Below are positions 47,413 to 53,283 of a stretch of 53,283 nt of DNA, one piece after another. This DNA comes from Trichoplax sp. H2. Taxonomy: Eukaryota. Every line of letters starts with the position of its first letter. Positions within the stretch are counted from its first letter, which is position 1. A program made the translations under genes and the position numbers. The stretch lies in contig NOWV01000216.1 of the NCBI GenBank assembly GCA_003344405.1, positions 62,001-115,283 on the forward strand, in the 5' to 3' direction. The notes under the pieces are model-generated. The model ran no database searches. It saw only the letters and a program-made list of their open reading frames with translations, and was not told where the DNA came from.

Positions 47413-50400
47413 GATTGACCTTTATAATTAGCGGTAGTATTAATGGAATGGCAGCAGATAGGAATTATTTTAAACTATTAAGCGATTCAACTGGAGGTAA
47501 TCTATCCGAAGAATGGTAGTTGAGGATTAATTTATATCGTCTAGGATGAGTCGTTCTTGATTGGGTTATTTCCGATAGTTGACTAAATATATAGTGGGAG
47601 CGCTTTAGCTTTTATACCTCCGCTTGGACTGTGATCCTCTAATCAAATTTTATTTGTTGACTATGGCGCTAATTTAATGCTTCATTAATCTGGCTACCGT
47701 TCATAAAAGTAATAATTGATATACGAAAATATCGACGCAAATTGGTAATACACTAATAAATTTAATATTTGTTTTGTATTTTACTATTAGTTATTTGTGT
47801 TAACAGCTGCCTAAAATCTATTTACGTTCAATTCTAGTAAGTCTGCATATTCTAGATAATATCAGTTAATAAGTACGCTGTCAATTAATTTACTGTAATT
47901 CTACAATTATTATTGATGAATTCTAATATCATTTCTTTATGCCCACTATTTTTTTTGGCTGGGCAATAAGATGCTTATTGTACAAAGATTGTCCCAATAA
48001 TAAATTTGAGGAAATTTAATTTTAATTGCTTCACTAATTGTTTTAATTAGTTTATTATTGCATCAGCAATACAGATTACATAACAACCAATACTTAAAAT
48101 ATCACGAATAAGATAAAATAACAGCAAAGCCGTAACTAAAAAGCGAAACTAAATATTATTATTTCCGTAGAATTCTATATCTTCTATTAAAATATCGTTC
48201 TTCACGATTGATAATAAATATAATATGATTTTGACGCATTTTACACCCCAGTGCTGCTTTATGAACTTGAAAATTAGCCGATGGTAAAAAAATTTATTAA
48301 TCACGTTTAATTTTCGATTATAAGTATTTATGTAGTGATTCCTGATATTTGCTTGATATATTACAGCTTACTACAGCAATGTTGTGATTAGATCTAATTA
48401 TTAATGATATTCTGTTGATTTGTGCTTCAGCTTCAGCTGAACTTTTCATATTTAGCTTATCATAAATATTAAGTGACATTTGTTAATAGCTTCATCAGGT
48501 TGTGTCAACTCATCCGAGAAATAATCTTTTATTTACATTAATTACAGCCGATGTAAAAATCAAGGAGGATAACAGGGCTATATTGCAGAACTAATTATGA
48601 AATAATCCTTAATACTTTGCTAATGAAATCACTAACGATGGTCGTCTAACCTTAATTATCTACTGTTAAATGGAAAAATTTGAAATTCTAATTACACCTA
48701 TAAATTTTAATAGTATAGAACAGGAGTAAGCATTGATGTTATTTGTATCTGTCATTTTGGATGTTCCTTTAGTTATAATTTTATTTAGTATTTGGAATTG
48801 TTTTCTCGCCTGAAAATCTAATTAACTTTATTCGATTTAAGGTTAATGCAAACTTTACTCTATAAAAATTGAAATAGTTCAATGGGAGTTTTTTTGATGT
48901 AACGGTAGACATTATTGAACATTTTGATTGAGTAACGATGAGAAAGATATTAATCGAGGAAAATTTGTATACCTCAAATATTTCCTTCTAACAATTTCCC
49001 GTTTATCCACTCATAAACGAATTTAAAAGATAAGAACTTTAATATCAAGCTGCAAATTAGATAAATAATTACTAGTCTGTCTTGAGGATTAAATGCAGTT
49101 TCATCTCTAGCAGATCAGTACCTGAAAAGTTATCGGCTTTGATGATTTATATCATAAGTTTACAGACCTTTATGCCGTCATACTTTTGTCCTAAAATGTT
49201 TTATATACTGTTTAGGAAGCAATATTAATGCAGCTATTTGGAATTAATTCGGAACAAAAGAAGTTAGTGCCCAATACATATAATATTAGATTTGATATTG
49301 TATGTTAATAAATTCTACAGTTGTATTCACGTATAATAGGCAGTGAATGCTGTATCTTAGATTTATGCCCCATTTTAATATCAATATAATATGAATGCTG
49401 TATCATAAATTAAATACAATTTTGATGTCAATGCAACATAATCACAAGTAGTTGACAAGTTTTTTAAAAGAAAGTTAGAGCTGTATTGCTGTATTTCCAA
49501 TAGAAATGCGAAAAGCTCTCCAAATTCAAATTATTAATGAATATGTACTGGATATAGCCTGACTTTGCCCATAGCATCAGCAAGCTAATTTTGATCAGTT
49601 ACGGTTAAATTGATGATTACCATATTGTATTAAATTGTATATTTGCTTATTTATAACTACATTATAAGGTATTGACGAGCGAATTATTAATTACTGTTCG
49701 TTAAATTATTGTTTGTTTAATTAATGATAGATCAATACTAGTGAAAGGACAGCATTGGTTTCAGATGGATTGACTTTTATTACCTTACCTTATATCGCCT
49801 CTGTTATATTAGAAATGATAATTTACTTACTAGACAATATCAAAATAAATATTAGTTATGTAATAGGCGATGAAATAACCCTAAGAATAATAATATTATT
49901 TTTTTTAAGGCTGCATTAATTCAGAAGTGAAGTAGATCAGTTTCCGTGTTTGAACGAAAATAAATTTAAATTAACAATCACGTTTTCTTTTCAGGACTGA
50001 GCTATTACAAATATTTTTTAACTAGCAACGGACATATTTGATTAAGTACAATATATACTACTTACAGATTGTCTCCACCATAACTCTTCTTAACTATTTA
50101 ATTTACTATAAATGGAACGTTTACTCGAAATATGAATTACTAATAGCGAATGTATAATACGTATATTAGGAAAATCCAAGTACAAATTCCAAGATACCGT
50201 AGGAGATAAAATGATTTCCATACTGCTTTGTATTCTAAATAGTAAGTAAAGGTATCCAAGTTACCCTCTCAACTGAAATGATAGCTAAGCTGAACAGCTA
50301 ATTTCCATATTGGATAGAATAATGTATAAGTTATGAAATCTCTGATAATAGCGTTAAAATCAGTACGCGTATGTATACAAATATTTCCTACGTAGATTAA

Positions 50401-50764
50401 CAGCGACATATATATGATTTATGAACAGCTTTAAAATTTCTTACAGGTTAGACCTATTCAAGTAAGTTAACGTAGTTACTTCATAACAACTTATAAAATT
50501 CATCCTAACTAGGTTATTACAGGTAAATAAGCAGATAAAGTATCACAAACACAGGATTCCATGAGCAAACTTTAATCCACAGATTGAAAAAATAAATTCA
50601 TTACAGAATAGAGCATCTGTATGGAGGAGTAGAACTGAATCAGTATACTTTTATTAGTGGATCTATCGATAAACTCTATTCTGCTCTGTAAACAAGTAGA
50701 TGAAATACAACGAGCACAGGACTGGACAAACATGACTTCATTGACAGATAAAAAAAACAGTCCA

Positions 50765-51173
50765 TGTTACGGAACTACGTTTCCGATATTAAGGTTGTGT
50801 TGCAGTAATTCTTTCATACTGATCATATGAACTATATTTTTTAACTTGTAATCATTTCTTATAGTACTTAAGCTAATAATATGGTTCGACTAAGTTACAA
50901 TCTGTCATGTTTGTAATGCTTTAGCTGCGTTGACCTACTTTGACTGGATTTCTGTTGTTCACTTGCTTTATGCTATCTTATTTTAAGTCTAAGTATAAAA
51001 GCTAGTTATTGTTTGTTGTTTTTGTTTTTCTGTTTGTTATAGATTGCTAGTGAGAACTACTAAAATAAAATCGAAACCTAGAGTAAGTTGTACTGTATTT
51101 TTTGCGATTGTTTTTTTGAGTCTACCTAGGAGGCTAGTTCTAGATAGTTTATGCCATTTAGACAATTTTGACA
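50765..51173 (+). mobile_element. Solo LTR E (409 bp) inserted in the tandem array
   Basis: Termini TGTTACGG...TTTGACA, 5-bp TSD GTCCA (50760-50764 / 51174-51178), TATAAAA 50994-51000 then AATAAA 51064-51069. Removal restores the unit sequence agtcca|tcacagaatcga seen intact at ~51338. Confidence 0.88.
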
Positions 51174-51726
51174 GTCCATCACAGAATCGAGCATTTGCAT
51201 GTATAGAATAGCATTCAATCTGTATACTTGTTGACTAGTGGATTTATTACTGAGCTATTCTGCTTAGTAAACAAGTAGGTAAAGTATCGTAAGCCCAGGA
51301 TTGGACAAATATGACTTTACTTACGGATGGAAAAATTAGTCCATCACAGAATCGAACATCTACATGTATAGAATAGGATTCAATCCCTCCACTTGTTGAT
51401 TAGTGGATCAATTACTGAACTATTCTGCTCAGTAAACAAGTAGGTGAAGTATTACTAGCCCAGGATTGGACAAATATGACTTCAATTATGGAAAGAGAAA
51501 TTAGTCTATCACATCATTGATCATCTACATATATAGAATAGAGTTATAGCGAATCTACAGGTATTGAATAGGATTCAATCAGTATACTTATCTATTAGTG
51601 GATCGATCACTGAACTATTCTGCTCTGGAAGCAAGTAGATGGAAGTTCAACTAGCACAGGACTAGACGAGCATGACTGTAATGCACCGATTGAGAAATAG
51701 GTCCAGTATAGAATTGAGCACCTGCA

Positions 51727-51975
51727 TGTAGCAAGCTTAATATAGACATCGAGCATATACGTCTTAAGGAAACCATTTGTTAGCTAGAGCCTAGAGGATG
51801 GAGAGTGAACTTAGAAATAGATCGGTTTGTATCTCCATATTTTTAGATTAGCTTATACGAGCGTAAAATTGCTATAAACTATAATAATATAAACCATTGA
51901 TCTCAGTCCAGTTTGACTCATTTTATTGTGAGATATAGCCGTTGAACAGATTAAGATACAGACGACTTTATTACA
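51727..51975. mobile_element. ~250-bp insertion in the tandem array, possibly an older solo LTR
   Basis: Interrupts the unit between ..tgca(tgta) and tagaatag; termini TGTA...TACA; flanks CTGCA/CTAGA match only 3/5. Confidence 0.4.
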
Positions 51976-52483
51976 CTAGAATAGACTATCAATCAGTACA
52001 ATTGTTGACTAATGGATCTATCGCTGAACTATTTTGCTCCGCCAACACTACCAACATAGGATTTAGGATTTGGTGAGCATGGCTTGATTGACAGATTGAA
52101 AAAAAAATAAGTCCATTACCGACCGAATTCAGTATCTGTATCGATAGAAGAAGACTAAGATGGACTGCTAGAAATGCATCCATATCGAGCAGATCCGATC
52201 CTTGCACGACCACTTTCTATCAAGTTCTTGCAAGATTTGGCTAAAACTGTGACTATGATTGAACCGAAATTGACTTCCTCTGATAGGCAGTGTTGGTTAT
52301 TGGTGATGCTAGTTGTTGGCTTGGGTTCTAGCCCTTGCTTACAGCCTGTTATTTAACTTCGGTTGTACTTTTGTTTTTAAATTCTTGGATTATTTAACCC
52401 AAGTTATAACATACAACCTAGCAGATCCAACACTGCTAACGCTGATGGCTTACGTTATAGGACAGACCATGGATGGACGCTGA

Positions 52484-53005
52484 ATACTGAGTACTGAGTA
52501 CCAGTACAGTACAGTGTACTGTACTGTACTGTACTGACTGTACTGTACTTGCGTGAACTAGTTCGAATCAGAGTACTTTAAGGTGCCCTAAAATCATAAG
52601 AGTGAATCAAAATGTAATAAAATTTATACAAATATAAAGCTGAATAACTTGGCTTATTAATTTAATTAATAAAAATGAAGTTAATCGAGTAACTTTTATG
52701 TAATATTGTATTAAATTCCGAATTTTCTACAGTACTAAGTAAAAAACGTGGTAATCTAACCATCGCTCCTCCCAGAGTACAGTATAGGCTGTATGGTATG
52801 GTATGGTACAGTACAGTACTGAACAGTCAAAGTGTCTAGTTTGTACTGTAGTGCCCAATTCATTGTCAGGTGACTCCATAGTGTACAAGTGTACACTGTA
52901 CATTCTACATTGTCTGCCATGTTATACAGTCGGACAGACGATGGACGGAGTCACCTGACTGTCAATGCCATAGCGTACTGTACCGTACAGTGTACAGTGT
53001 ACACT
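52484..53005. repeat. GTAC-rich low-complexity region with (GTACT/AGTAC)n pentamer runs
   Basis: tactgagtactgagtaccagtacagtacagtgtactgtactgtactgtactg at 52485-52550; further GTAC clusters at ~52775-52900 and ~52975-53005. Confidence 0.75.
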
Positions 53006-53283
53006 TGTTCGAGTTCGAACTGGTTGGTCAAGGAAGATTCTTTATCATACTCCCTCTACTAGCAACGACTGCACTTTCAGTAGGGTAACAGTCGTATCTA
53101 GAATGAATTGGTGTCTCTTGCCTGCAGTCATCTTGTACGTACAGTACATTGCATTGAAGCCAATGACGTCATAAATGGATGAAATTGTGCTTCATACAAT
53201 ACCTTACGGTACAATAGACAGTATCAACAACGCCACCAGTAAGTGATTTGGCTGGCTGGATGGTCCACTACCAATCTTGTTTT

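Larger units (their letters stand above)
50520..52150. repeat. Degenerate ~165-170-bp tandem repeat array (about 5-6 units) interrupted by insertions
   Basis: The anchor TA(G/A)TGGAT...ACTATTCTGCTC...CAAGTAG...AGGA(T/C)TGGACAAA(T/C)ATGACTT recurs at ~50655, 51236, 51401, 51596 and 52010. Spacings of 581 and 414 equal ~167 plus insertions. Confidence 0.85.

Noticed and set aside
29101..52356. Remaining short ORFs (29101, 31170, 32215, 32429, 37441, 39124, 44475, 51989, 52174; likewise 4292, 10400, 14036, 25949)
   Set aside because: 60-100 aa, AT-biased composition, often non-ATG starts, several lying within repeats or LTRs; consistent with random ORFs.

Overview
AT-rich (roughly 30% GC by eye) eukaryotic genomic scaffold with four 20-N gaps. 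The base composition, very short GT-AG introns (73-96 nt), intronless opsin-like GPCR and gene content suggest a placozoan (Trichoplax/Hoilungia-type) or similar early-branching animal; this is inference. Main content: (1) a ~24-kb cluster of single-exon temptin-like genes: an intact membrane-tethered form (signal peptide + temptin domain + T/E/A mucin stalk + GPI-type tail, 6177-7331 -), an intact soluble form (15290-15754 -), three pseudogenes (~3550-4023 -, 12237-12509 -, 26141-26710 +) and a probable allelic copy (27043-27376 +); (2) inside that cluster, a 976-aa type II membrane GT10 (alpha-1,3-fucosyltransferase fold) protein with a ~580-aa Lys-rich stem whose catalytic motifs are substituted, so probably a pseudoenzyme; (3) an opsin-like class A GPCR lacking the retinal-binding Lys; (4) a 4-exon GINM1-like secreted protein missed as a unit by the ORF track; (5) five mutually dissimilar solo LTRs (TG...CA, perfect 5-bp target-site duplications), one polymorphic between haplotypes, one inserted into a ~167-bp tandem array, and one carrying a GC-rich palindrome-array insertion in one haplotype; (6) an 81-bp-arm foldback. 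Every N gap is flanked by near-identical duplicates differing by a large indel, consistent with uncollapsed heterozygous alleles.
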